Assembly (NCBI GenBank): GCA_965283805.1
Contig: CBDIPV010000001.1
Coordinates: forward strand, 1,510,925-1,574,924
Direction of reading: 5' to 3'
Source of the DNA: Phycisphaerales bacterium UBA1924
GTDB taxonomy: Bacteria; Planctomycetota; Phycisphaerae; Phycisphaerales; UBA1924
Length of the DNA stretch: 64,000 nucleotides
The number at the start of each line of letters is the position of its first letter. Position 1 is the stretch's first letter. The position numbers and the translations under genes were made by a program. Below the pieces are notes generated by a model. The model had not been told where the DNA came from. It made no database searches and saw only the letters and a list, made by a program, of their open reading frames with translations. Shown here piece by piece: positions 19,386 through 28,667 of this stretch.

Positions 19386-21562
19386 GAACGCCCCCCCGTG
19401 CCGCTCGCGGCCCCCATCGCCTGCTCGCTCGCGATGAGCCGTGCCGTGAAGAGCCGGGCGAGCACGAACTCAACCACAGCAATCGCGATCGCGATCCAGA
19501 GCATGGTCAACGCGAGCGATCGTGCATCGGTGCTGCTCACCTCCGCTCGCCCCGCGGCTCCTTGGGCACTTTCGTCGCCCGCCCAGCGCGTGGACTGCGA
19601 ATCGACCAGCCCTTGGAACTGCTCAAGCACTTGCGGACGAGTGATTGTGTCGGCGATCGCCGCGGCGCTGTCGGGCTGAACCACGCTCAGCGTACGCACT
19701 GTGCCTTGTGCATCACGCATCGCCAGCAAAGAAGCATATTGATTGAGTGCGTGCGGCCGATCCGACCGTGCCGGGTGGCTCAAAGTCTCAACCGCCAGCG
19801 TGCTCTGCACCCACGCGGGCTGCACCAGCGGCTCACCCGCGACAAGCAACCCGGCGGCCCCGCCCTGACCAACACCCTGACGCACAAGCTCTTGGAGCAT
19901 CGCGACAAACAGCGGGCGAGCGGGCAGGTTGCTCCAGTTGAGATCAAAGGGCACCGCGAGCAGCACGATCGGGCCAGCGCCGTCCCCCGCCATGATCTGA
20001 ACGCCGAGTGCTGAACCATCGCTGAGTGTCGCGATGGGCGTCGCGCCCTGCGGGATCGCAAGCGAGCGGAACACCTCAACAGCACCGGCGAGCATCGGCA
20101 GCTCGCCCTCGATGCCCGCGAGCAGGCTCGCCGGCTCGGTTCGATCCGCGACGCCCAGGCTCGGGCTGTGCTTGGTCGTGTGCTCGCCAAGTGCAAATGT
20201 CTCGGGTGTCATCTCGCGGACATGCTCGAACCACGCGAGCGAGTCGCTCTGCGCATCGGGGGTCACGATGACCATAACGCCTTGTTCTTGGAGCCGCGCG
20301 ATGCGTTCCCAGGCATCCGCAGCGAGGGCGGCGGGCGCGAGCACCAGAACCGCGTCGAGGTTGGGCACCAGCCGCGACTGCGCTTGTGACGCATCAATCC
20401 CGACCACCTCGACGCCGACTCCCTCGCCCGGCGCGAGCGCCGCACGCGCCCAGCGGCCGGGCGCAATCCCCGCCGCGCCGGATATGCCCCGTGGGTCTGG
20501 GCGGTCGATCACACCCACACGCAGGGTGTTCCGCATCGAAATCGTGAAGAGCAGCGTGTTGTCGCGGGTATTCGAGTCTTCATCGATCGATACATGCAGC
20601 ACCGAGCTTGAACCGGTATGGCTGCGGAGCCCACTGGTATCAATCGCGATTGTGAGTGATGCCTCTCGTTGCCCGGCTTCCCACTCAACCTGCGCCTGCC
20701 CACGCTCCTTGGATTGTTCATCAAGCACGCGAACCGTGCTCGATTGCTCCGCGAGCACATCGCCCGAACGCAGCATTTCAACACGCACCGCCTCGGGCAG
20801 TGCAAGGCCCTCTCGCAGCACAAGCGAGCGCGTGGGCCGGGCGCTGTGCACCCCGATATTGACCAATGCTGCTTGATCAGGGTCAGCGAGCAGCATCTCG
20901 TCGAACAGCGCCGGCGCGGGCCGATCTTGAACCTCGCTCGAAGCGTGAGCGAGCGTACGCCCATCGCTGGCGAACATCAGCACGCGCCGTACGGGCCGCT
21001 CGTCGTCTCCCTCGATGTCGCCCAGCAGACGGATGACGCCCGCCATGTCCATGCCCGCATCGCTCGGGCCGGTTTCACGGACCAGCGCCATAACCGCCCC
21101 CAGATCGTCGCTGGGCGGAAAAACCACGGCGCGTGCCGGCGATGACGCGCTGATCAGTGCAACCTGATCACCCCGGGACGGGTCGAGCGCCTCGATGGAA
21201 TCGATCGCCTGCTGCTGATTGCGCTCGAACGCAGAACGGCCATCGCTCACGATCGCCGAGCCGATGCTGTCATCGAGCACGATCACCATGGTGGTCGGCT
21301 CGCTCCCGCTGCTGCCCGAACCCAGCATCAGCGAGCCGACTCCCAGCGCAATGAACACAATCAGCAAACACCGGAGGGTGAGCAAGATCAACTGCTCGAG
21401 CGTGATGATGCGCCGGCGCTTGCGATATGCCTCTTCGAGAAAACGCATCGCGCCCCAGCTGACCACACGCCGGCGGCGTTTGAGCAGGTGAATCAGGATC
21501 GGGATGCTCAAGCAAGCAAGCCCGATCGCGAACAGCCCGGGATGCAGCAACGACACAGGCAC
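19382..21562 (-). CDS. BatA N-terminal domain-containing membrane protein
   Basis: The N-terminus LLHPGLFAIGLACLSIPILIHLLKRRRRVVSWGAMRFLEEAY is the aerotolerance-regulator N-terminal double-TM motif. 726 aa with a C-terminal TM. GTG start at 21562. Confidence 0.75.
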   Translation of the reverse strand: MPVSLLHPGLFAIGLACLSIPILIHLLKRRRRVVSWGAMRFLEEAYRKRRRIITLEQLILLTLRCLLIVFIALGVGSLMLGSGSSGSEPTTMVIVLDDSIGSAIVSDGRSAFERNQQQAIDSIEALDPSRGDQVALISASSPARAVVFPPSDDLGAVMALVRETGPSDAGMDMAGVIRLLGDIEGDDERPVRRVLMFASDGRTLAHASSEVQDRPAPALFDEMLLADPDQAALVNIGVHSARPTRSLVLREGLALPEAVRVEMLRSGDVLAEQSSTVRVLDEQSKERGQAQVEWEAGQREASLTIAIDTSGLRSHTGSSSVLHVSIDEDSNTRDNTLLFTISMRNTLRVGVIDRPDPRGISGAAGIAPGRWARAALAPGEGVGVEVVGIDASQAQSRLVPNLDAVLVLAPAALAADAWERIARLQEQGVMVIVTPDAQSDSLAWFEHVREMTPETFALGEHTTKHSPSLGVADRTEPASLLAGIEGELPMLAGAVEVFRSLAIPQGATPIATLSDGSALGVQIMAGDGAGPIVLLAVPFDLNWSNLPARPLFVAMLQELVRQGVGQGGAAGLLVAGEPLVQPAWVQSTLAVETLSHPARSDRPHALNQYASLLAMRDAQGTVRTLSVVQPDSAAAIADTITRPQVLEQFQGLVDSQSTRWAGDESAQGAAGRAEVSSTDARSLALTMLWIAIAIAVVEFVLARLFTARLIASEQAMGAASGTGGRS

Positions 21563-21565
21563 GGA

Positions 21566-22582
21566 TCACCCCCCCCTCAGCGACGACGCCGCGTTGCGCC
21601 GCGCGACGAACTTGGCCAGCGTTGGACCCAGCCAGTTGTGCGTCGAGATCACCTGATGATCAAATCCGAACGAGCGGGCGTGCTTGGAGATCAGATCGAT
21701 GTGGCTGTTGATCGCCTGGAGATATTCCTTACGCAGCGCGCGAGGATCGAGCCGCAGCGTCGGCTCAGACTCGAGCCCCTCGAAGGCCGCCGGGTCGTCA
21801 AACTCGAAGGTCAGCTCCGCCTTGTCAAGCACCTGCAACGCGATCAGATCGTGCCCACGATGCTTGGCCTTTGCGAATGCCGAGCGGATGTTGTCCGGGT
21901 CATCGAAGAAATCACTGATGATCACGATCATGCACCGGTTGCTGACCTTGCCCAGGGTCTGGTCCATGACCCGCGCGATATCGGTGTGACGATCGACCGG
22001 GTGGATCGCCAGCGCATCGACGATCTGCTTCCAGCTCGATTTGCGTGCCGAGCGATCGACGATCGCGCGGAGCTCGTCCGCATAGACCGCCATGCCCACC
22101 CGGTCGCCCTGGCTGATCGTGATGTATGCCAACGCCGCGGCGGTCGCGGTCGCATGATCAAACTTGGACCAGTTCGGCCGCCCGTCGGGCGCCGTCTCCC
22201 GCGCCGAGCCCGACGCATCCGAAAACAGCCGCGACCCGAACCGCATCGATCCAGACGAGTCCACCAGCAGGATCAGGTCCAGCGTGGTCTCCTGCTGGTA
22301 CTGCTTGACCTGCAGCTTGTCGGTGCGGGCATAGACCTTCCAGTCCAGATGGCGGATGTCGTCGCCGGCAACATACGCACGGTGCTGGGCAAACTCCACC
22401 GAGACCCCCGTGTAGGGCGATCGGTGCTGCCCGGCCATGACCCCTTCAACAATCAGCTTCGCGCGAAGCTCCATCGAAGAGAGCCGGGCCAGCGTCTGCG
22501 GGTGCAGGTATAGGTGCGGGTCAAATCGCTCAGAACCCACGGCGGGCTGGGCAGATACGGGTTGGGCGGCTTGCTCATCCAT
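21566..22582 (-). CDS. DUF58 domain-containing protein
   Basis: HRSPYTGVSVEFAQHRAYVAGDDIRHLDWKVYARTDKLQVKQYQQE...LLVDSSGSM is the canonical DUF58 core. The start is ATG 22582 or GTG 22588. Confidence 0.85.
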   Translation of the reverse strand: MDEQAAQPVSAQPAVGSERFDPHLYLHPQTLARLSSMELRAKLIVEGVMAGQHRSPYTGVSVEFAQHRAYVAGDDIRHLDWKVYARTDKLQVKQYQQETTLDLILLVDSSGSMRFGSRLFSDASGSARETAPDGRPNWSKFDHATATAAALAYITISQGDRVGMAVYADELRAIVDRSARKSSWKQIVDALAIHPVDRHTDIARVMDQTLGKVSNRCMIVIISDFFDDPDNIRSAFAKAKHRGHDLIALQVLDKAELTFEFDDPAAFEGLESEPTLRLDPRALRKEYLQAINSHIDLISKHARSFGFDHQVISTHNWLGPTLAKFVARRNAASSLRGG

Positions 22583-22735
22583 GAACACCTTCTATGGTAC
22601 CGAATCCGGAGACTATGGCTGCCCGCGAAGACAAGTTCTCGACGCTTTCGGTGGAGAATTCACAATCACAACGCCCCGGACGAGCCATTCGTTCATTTCG
22701 CCGGATCGCAAACCCTGTTCCGGTGATCTTGCGCG

Positions 22736-22771
22736 CAAAAATGGGCACGCGGGCCTGGCCCGGGTGCCCAT
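22736..22771 (-). terminator. intrinsic terminator of 22791..23723
   Basis: Stem atgggcac...gtgcccat (22741-22771) with a GC-rich inner stem, followed on the minus strand by TTTTT. Confidence 0.7.
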
Positions 22772-22790
22772 CAGAACCTGTCGGCGAAGT

Positions 22791-23723
22791 TCAATCCTCG
22801 ATCATGTCGAACTCGGTCCGCAGTGTCGACGAGATGCTCACCGCGGGGATATCCTCGCCCGGGCTGCCGCCAAAGCCGATCGACATCCTGGACCGATACT
22901 TCGTCACCGTGCCGATGTGCGTGTTAAACACGAAGCTGCCCTCGATCGAGTTCTCTTCGATATTCATGAATGCTGGAAAGTCAGCAGGGATCTTGATATC
23001 GATATCGCCCTTGAACTCAACCCGAACCTGCTTGCCCTCTTTCCAATCAAGAATACTGACAACAGTCATCCGCTGATTGATCGTAAAGGTCATCGGCTCC
23101 TCATCGATCGCATAGCTCACCGACCACGAATCACCAACCCCAACCGGGTTCTCGCTGAGCAGCTTGCTGAAGGGATTCGCCTCGCGGATGAGGATTGGCG
23201 TGCTGTACTCGGCACGGATCTCCTCCTGCAGCGCTCCATCTTCGACCGCGTCGATCTTCTGAGCGATCTGATCCTCGTTGGCAACGCCCACGATCTCACC
23301 GAGCGGGGTCATAATCAAGTCCGCGGACCAGCCCATCGTTTCGGTCTGGGCACGCACCCGTGGGTCATCGCGGCCTGCTTCATGCTCAGGGTTCTGCGAG
23401 TCAAAATCGTAGACCTCGTCGTTCACCTTCTGCTGATACTGATACTGCTCTGTACGCTCAGAAACGACCAGCGTGCCGTCTTCACGCACATCAAGCAGCT
23501 CCCGCCGGATCACCGAGTTGGTTGTCTCGCTCGTGGTCGCGACCTGACCCATCGCAACCTGAATCATGTACTGGAACGCCTCAAACTCGTACCGAACCGG
23601 CTCACCGATCTGATAGGTGTACTCGAGCTTCACTTCGGGCTTCGTCTCGGGCTCCACAACCGCCGCGGAGACCACCGACCCCTGAACCAAAGCCAAGCCG
23701 AGTGTCGTCATAAATCTGAACAT
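22791..23723 (-). CDS. secreted hypothetical protein
   Basis: Internal ATG at 23723 gives MFRFMTTLGLALVQGSVVSAAVV (signal peptide). 310 aa, acidic, with no recognised domain. Confidence 0.6.
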   Translation of the reverse strand: MFRFMTTLGLALVQGSVVSAAVVEPETKPEVKLEYTYQIGEPVRYEFEAFQYMIQVAMGQVATTSETTNSVIRRELLDVREDGTLVVSERTEQYQYQQKVNDEVYDFDSQNPEHEAGRDDPRVRAQTETMGWSADLIMTPLGEIVGVANEDQIAQKIDAVEDGALQEEIRAEYSTPILIREANPFSKLLSENPVGVGDSWSVSYAIDEEPMTFTINQRMTVVSILDWKEGKQVRVEFKGDIDIKIPADFPAFMNIEENSIEGSFVFNTHIGTVTKYRSRMSIGFGGSPGEDIPAVSISSTLRTEFDMIED

Positions 23724-23875
23724 AACTGACTCCTGAAAAAAGAATAAGGGATGGAATCTCGAATCATAGCGATCCCCTGCCACCAGCTCCGCCATCAAGG
23801 GAATCTGGGTTTTCGACCCCCAGAAGCCCCAGACATTGGGCCGTGGGTCACATTTTCGCCGATAGTTCTCCTCAT

Positions 23876-24997
23876 ATGGCCACCATCAACGATCGCGTCC
23901 CCGTCTCCAACATCAAACGCATCGCCGTCCTCACAGGCGGCGGCGACTGCCCCGGCCTCAACGCCGTCATCCGCGCCGTCGTCAAGGACGCCCTTAACTG
24001 CGGCATGGAAGTCTTCGGCATCGAAGACGGCTTCCTAGGCCTTATCGAGGACCGCATCCGACCGCTGCATCTCGATGATGTCTCCAACATCCTCACCATG
24101 GGCGGCACCATCCTGGGCTCCAACAACCGCTCCAACCCCCAGCGATACCCCATGGGCAAGGACGAGAACGGCGAGACCATCTGGAAAGACCTCACCGATG
24201 TCTGCGTCACCCACCTCAAGATCCGCAAGATCGAGGCCCTCGTCGTCATCGGCGGCGACGGAACCATGTCCGTCGCCGAGCCCTTCTCCAAACAAGGCAT
24301 CAACTGCATCGGCGTCCCCAAAACCATCGACAACGACCTCCACGGCACCGACATCACCTTTGGCTTTCAATCCGCCGTCCATGTCGCCACCGAGGCCCTC
24401 GACCGCGTTCATTCAACCGCCGCCAGCCACCACCGCGTAATGGCCGTCGAATGCATGGGGCGCAATGCCGGCTGGATCACCCTGCACGCGGGCATCGCCA
24501 GCGGCGCCGATGTCATCCTCATCCCCGAGATCGAGTTCGACCTCGATAAGGTCTGCGATTACTGCCTCAAACGCTCCAGCCGCGGCAAACGCTTCACCAT
24601 CATCGCCGTCTCAGAAGGCGCAAAGCCCAAGGGCGGCGAGCAGATCGTCGACCGCGTCGTCGAGAACTCACCCGAGGCCATCCGCCTGGGCGGCGTGGCC
24701 AAGTGGCTCAGCGACGAGATCGAGAAGTGCACCGAGATCGAATCACGCTATGTCGTGCTCGGACACACCCAACGCGGCGGCACCCCCGTCGCCGGCGACC
24801 GCGTGCTGGCCACCCAGTTCGGCCACCACGCCATGCAGCTGCTCAAAATGGGCAAAGAAAACCGCCTCGTCGTCATGCAGGGCGGCGTGCTGGGCGATGT
24901 CGACATCCAATCCGCCGCCAACAAGCAGCGCCTGGTCCCCAAGGACCACCCGCTCATCGCCGCGGCTCGCAGCGTGTATACCTGCTTTGGCGACTGA
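23876..24997 (+). CDS. pfkA: ATP-dependent 6-phosphofructokinase
   Basis: IAVLTGGGDCPGLNAVIRAVV, VIGGDGT, PKTIDNDL, ECMGRNAGWI and GHTQRGG motifs. GGDG (Gly rather than Asp) suggests an ATP-type rather than a PPi-type enzyme. Confidence 0.85.
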   Translation: MATINDRVPVSNIKRIAVLTGGGDCPGLNAVIRAVVKDALNCGMEVFGIEDGFLGLIEDRIRPLHLDDVSNILTMGGTILGSNNRSNPQRYPMGKDENGETIWKDLTDVCVTHLKIRKIEALVVIGGDGTMSVAEPFSKQGINCIGVPKTIDNDLHGTDITFGFQSAVHVATEALDRVHSTAASHHRVMAVECMGRNAGWITLHAGIASGADVILIPEIEFDLDKVCDYCLKRSSRGKRFTIIAVSEGAKPKGGEQIVDRVVENSPEAIRLGGVAKWLSDEIEKCTEIESRYVVLGHTQRGGTPVAGDRVLATQFGHHAMQLLKMGKENRLVVMQGGVLGDVDIQSAANKQRLVPKDHPLIAAARSVYTCFGD

Positions 24998-25047
24998 GCA
25001 CGCAAGAGCCCGACCAGAAATCCCAATAAGTCCCCGGAGGTCTCACC

Positions 25048-25293
25048 ATGAAATCAACCGGAACTTCATACCTGCTCTGGTGCTGCTGCTTCGTCGGGCT
25101 TTTCGGCATCCACCGCTTCTACAACGGCAAGTGGATCACCGGGCTCATCTGGGTGTTCACCGGCGGGCTGCTGCTGATCGGCCAGATTGTCGATCTGTTC
25201 CTGATCCCTGGCATGACCGAGCGCGCCGAATACGAAGAACGCATACGCCACGAACGCGTCAACCAACGCGTGTCGCGGGATATGGGCTACTGA
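25048..25293 (+). CDS. TM2 domain-containing membrane protein
   Basis: SYLLWCCCFVGLFGIHRFYNGKWITGLIWVFTGGLLLIGQIVDLFLIP is the TM2 domain pattern. A GGAGG Shine-Dalgarno lies upstream. Confidence 0.8.
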   Translation: MKSTGTSYLLWCCCFVGLFGIHRFYNGKWITGLIWVFTGGLLLIGQIVDLFLIPGMTERAEYEERIRHERVNQRVSRDMGY

Positions 25294-25304
25294 GCCCGAT
25301 TCAC

Positions 25305-26162
25305 TCAGGGACAGCCAGCGTTGTACGCGGCCAGGAACGCGCTGACATCAAAGAAGTTGACCATGCCGTCATGGTTAAAATCCGCGACCGGATCGTTCGA
25401 GCTGTAGGCGGTTAAGAACACGCTGACATCAAAGAAGTTGACCATGCCGTCATCGTTCAGATCCACCGGGCAGGGATCGATGACGGTGATCCCGAAGTTC
25501 GACATGAGTGACGCCGTGACCTCGTCCTGCTCGCGCTGGCCGATACCGCTGTGCGACAGGAGTATCCGCAATCGATAACTCCCAGATGGGGCCTCAAGGG
25601 GAATCGTTCGTGAGAAGAACACCGAGCCGGTGTTCCCGGTATCGGGAATGCTCTCATCGTAGTAGAAGCCAACAAAGCCACCACCAACAACCGTTTCGCT
25701 GCTCATGCTCAGACGCACGAAGGATTCGAACGCAGTCTCGCTATTTTCGAGCAGGCCATTGACCGTGATCACCCCCTCGCCATCAACAATGAACTGATAC
25801 TCGAGTTCGCTCGAGAGCGTGTGGGCATACGAGCCCATCGCGCCCGGGCTGCCCGAGTCCATGCCAGAGAACGACGAAGACGCAAAGAACGCTCCGCCAT
25901 CCCCATCGAACTCGAACAACTCCCCGTCGGTCTGCCCGGCGAAGGAGCCATTTGAGTTTGAAAACCCAGCATCAGCAACCGCGGACAAGGGTGCCAACTC
26001 AGCCCCTTGATCGTCCACCACGATGACACTGTCCTCTCCGTTGCCGCCGCTGAGCGACAGAAGCGTCCTGCTCGTGACGCTGGAGTACGACGGAGTAGCT
26101 TGCGCAACGACTGTGCTGGTTGCGAACGCGCTCAGAACAAGCACTGTAAAGACCTGAATCAT
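25305..26162 (-). CDS. secreted protein with C-terminal double GC-type dockerin-like module
   Basis: Signal peptide MIQVFTVLVLSAFATSTVVAQA. It ends CPVDLNDDGMVNFFDVSVFLTAYSSNDPVADFNHDGMVNFFDVSAFLAAYNAGCP-stop. Confidence 0.75.
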   Translation of the reverse strand: MIQVFTVLVLSAFATSTVVAQATPSYSSVTSRTLLSLSGGNGEDSVIVVDDQGAELAPLSAVADAGFSNSNGSFAGQTDGELFEFDGDGGAFFASSSFSGMDSGSPGAMGSYAHTLSSELEYQFIVDGEGVITVNGLLENSETAFESFVRLSMSSETVVGGGFVGFYYDESIPDTGNTGSVFFSRTIPLEAPSGSYRLRILLSHSGIGQREQDEVTASLMSNFGITVIDPCPVDLNDDGMVNFFDVSVFLTAYSSNDPVADFNHDGMVNFFDVSAFLAAYNAGCP

Positions 26163-26344
26163 ATGATAATCCCTCTAAGGCCGAAAGCGGCCGAATACGA
26201 CTCTACCACCTCACCCGCGATGCGGAAAGATGAAATCTGAAATCGGCGGCATCTGTTCATCTTCAAAGCGAACCTCGTCCCGCACATCCCTCCAACACAC
26301 GCAAACAATGCATCGCCATGAAATGGGCAACTGAGCCCGATCGC

Positions 26345-28531
26345 TCAGGGGCAACCCTGCTGGTATAACTGCAGGAACAGTGACACATCGATAAAGTTGT
26401 ACATCTCGTCTTGATTAAAATCGATGCTCGGATCCTCATTCAGGTATGCACCGATGAACGCCGCGACATCAAAGTAGCTCAGCATGCCGTCAAGGTTGAG
26501 GTCCGCCGGGCATGGCACACACGACGGGTCCAGCGACACACCGACGGTCCCGGTATACGAGACCAGCATCATCTGCTCGCCATCGCTGACGATCGAGAAC
26601 TCATTGCTCGCGGGTGTCTGCGCCCCGATGAGCCGTGCCCCACCGCTTCCCCGCAGGTCATACACCAAGACCCGTTCGTACCATGCATTCCAGTAGGCAA
26701 ACTCGCCGGCCACCACAAGCTCGCTTCCCTCGCCCAACAACGGCGCGGTATCGAACTGGCTGAAAGTACTCGCATCTGCGCTGTACAGCTTCCCCTCATC
26801 CGAGTTCACACCATAGAAGTTGAGATTGCTGGTCTGGATCACTTCAAAGAGTGTGGGGGCAGGGTAATCAATCCGCGCCGGGCTGAACGGGTTGGCAAGG
26901 TCCACCACCGAGACCAACGGCACCTCGTCATCGCCCTGTTCGATCGCATGGCTGAGGTAGAGCAGCCCGTCGCTGAACAACGCATCGGCGTAGTCATTCG
27001 AATGCAGCTTATAAAATGCCTTGAATGAGATGTTCAGTGGATCCGCGACATCGAGCAGCGCGTGCTCGTTGCGCTCCACCTGCATCCAGAGCGTATTGCC
27101 GTCCAGCCCGAGGTCCACGATTTCCGGGAACGCCTGGTAATGGAGCAGCTGGACCGGTTCGGCTGGCGCAGAAAAATCAACGATCTCCAACCCGTTCCCA
27201 TACCGACTCATGTACACGATCTGATCTTTGACTTCAAGAAAATCGACGACATCCAGATTATTCAGATATGACCCGATGATGCCCGGATTCGCCGGGTCCT
27301 GCACATCCAGCACGAGCACGCCGTTCTGCCGCTGTTCTTTGATGAAGTCATAGGTCTGGTACGACGCGTACAGCACCCCATCCTCGATCGCACTCGCCTG
27401 CATATAGAAAGAATCGAAGTTCTGAACATCGTCGAACGCAAGCCACCCCTCGCTGAATGGAACCGTGCGATCCGCGCGGCTCATATCGAGAATACTCATG
27501 CCCATGTCATACGCTGACACAACCACAAGCCCCTCGGTTCCAACCGCAAAGTCGTACCCGTCGTACCCAACGATCCCTGTCAGCCCCTCGAACACTGGCA
27601 TTGACGGATCTTGGAGCGAGATCTTCAGCACGCTCGCGCTGTCTTCGGTTCCGATATACAAATCGGTTCCGTCGAGCTCAAGGGAACTGATCCGATGGAG
27701 CGCAAGCCCCTCACCGAGCTCGTAGATCGCGGTCTCACTACGAACATCAAGCTCGTCTCCACCATGATTCGTCTCGATCACCTGAAACTGCGAACCATCT
27801 CCAATGACGAGGAGCCCCGAATCCAAAGTGAGGTGCGGGAAGAAGAACTGATTGTAAGGAAAGGTCTCAAGCAGCACCGGATCCGTGGGGTCTGAAACAT
27901 CAAACACGAGCAGCTCATCGGTATCGATCGCCACATACACACGCGCGCCCTCAGCAACAATCGCGCGGGTCCTCCCGGAGAGAGGCCGCTCACTCATCAC
28001 CACCGGGCTGGCCGGGTCGGCGATGTCAACAACTCGCAAGATGTCCGAATCGTCGGCGACAAACATGCGATCACCCACGACCGCATATCTCGGATTGAAC
28101 GCTGCAAGCTCAACCAACCCCGCCTGCACGATGTTGCTCGGATCCGAGACATCGAAGATCCCCACCCCCGCATCATCAGTCGATGCATACACCACACCAT
28201 CAACGAGCGAGATCTCGTACACGGCGTTGCCAACTGGGTAGGTCCCCAGCACGACGGGCGCAAGCGGCACCGTGAAATCCACAACGACGAGCTGCGTATC
28301 AAGCTGAGCATCATCAAAACTCAAAAAATAACCTACGCGACCTTCAAGCTGAATCGAGTATGAATCACTCTGGGGTAAATGCATGTATTGACCGACATAC
28401 CCGCGCACGCTGCACAGAATCCCGCCCGGCTGTGTCTGGGCCGCCGAATGCGCCGTGAATAGACCAAGCACGAGCAGGACGCCTGGGTTCAAAGCCGATA
28501 CCGCCGCCAACATTCGATTACTGCTGATCAT
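26345..28531 (-). CDS. secreted LVIVD-repeat beta-propeller protein with C-terminal GC-type dockerin-like module
   Basis: Signal peptide from ATG 28531. Recurrent LVIVD-like motifs are GIFDVSDPSNIV, LRVVDIADPASPVV, LLVFDVSDPTDPVL and VLVLDVQDPANPGI. It ends CPADLNLDGMLSYFDVAAFIGAYLNEDPSIDFNQDEMYNFIDVSLFLQLYQQGCP-stop. Confidence 0.75.
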   Translation of the reverse strand: MISSNRMLAAVSALNPGVLLVLGLFTAHSAAQTQPGGILCSVRGYVGQYMHLPQSDSYSIQLEGRVGYFLSFDDAQLDTQLVVVDFTVPLAPVVLGTYPVGNAVYEISLVDGVVYASTDDAGVGIFDVSDPSNIVQAGLVELAAFNPRYAVVGDRMFVADDSDILRVVDIADPASPVVMSERPLSGRTRAIVAEGARVYVAIDTDELLVFDVSDPTDPVLLETFPYNQFFFPHLTLDSGLLVIGDGSQFQVIETNHGGDELDVRSETAIYELGEGLALHRISSLELDGTDLYIGTEDSASVLKISLQDPSMPVFEGLTGIVGYDGYDFAVGTEGLVVVSAYDMGMSILDMSRADRTVPFSEGWLAFDDVQNFDSFYMQASAIEDGVLYASYQTYDFIKEQRQNGVLVLDVQDPANPGIIGSYLNNLDVVDFLEVKDQIVYMSRYGNGLEIVDFSAPAEPVQLLHYQAFPEIVDLGLDGNTLWMQVERNEHALLDVADPLNISFKAFYKLHSNDYADALFSDGLLYLSHAIEQGDDEVPLVSVVDLANPFSPARIDYPAPTLFEVIQTSNLNFYGVNSDEGKLYSADASTFSQFDTAPLLGEGSELVVAGEFAYWNAWYERVLVYDLRGSGGARLIGAQTPASNEFSIVSDGEQMMLVSYTGTVGVSLDPSCVPCPADLNLDGMLSYFDVAAFIGAYLNEDPSIDFNQDEMYNFIDVSLFLQLYQQGCP

Positions 28532-28667
28532 GTGTGTCCCCACGCCATCGCCGGCACACAAGCCCTAACACAAAGCGTGTCAGCACCGCTACCAGCTGGA
28601 ATCATCACAGCCCGATACGGTGCATCACACGGTTCGGTTGTAGAAGAACATGGAATTCATGCCATTC

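Noticed and set aside
22589-23723. A MoxR AAA+ ATPase expected upstream of DUF58
   Set aside because: The only upstream gene (22791-23723) has a signal peptide, no Walker motifs and its own terminator. No MoxR-like ORF exists in any frame of this interval.
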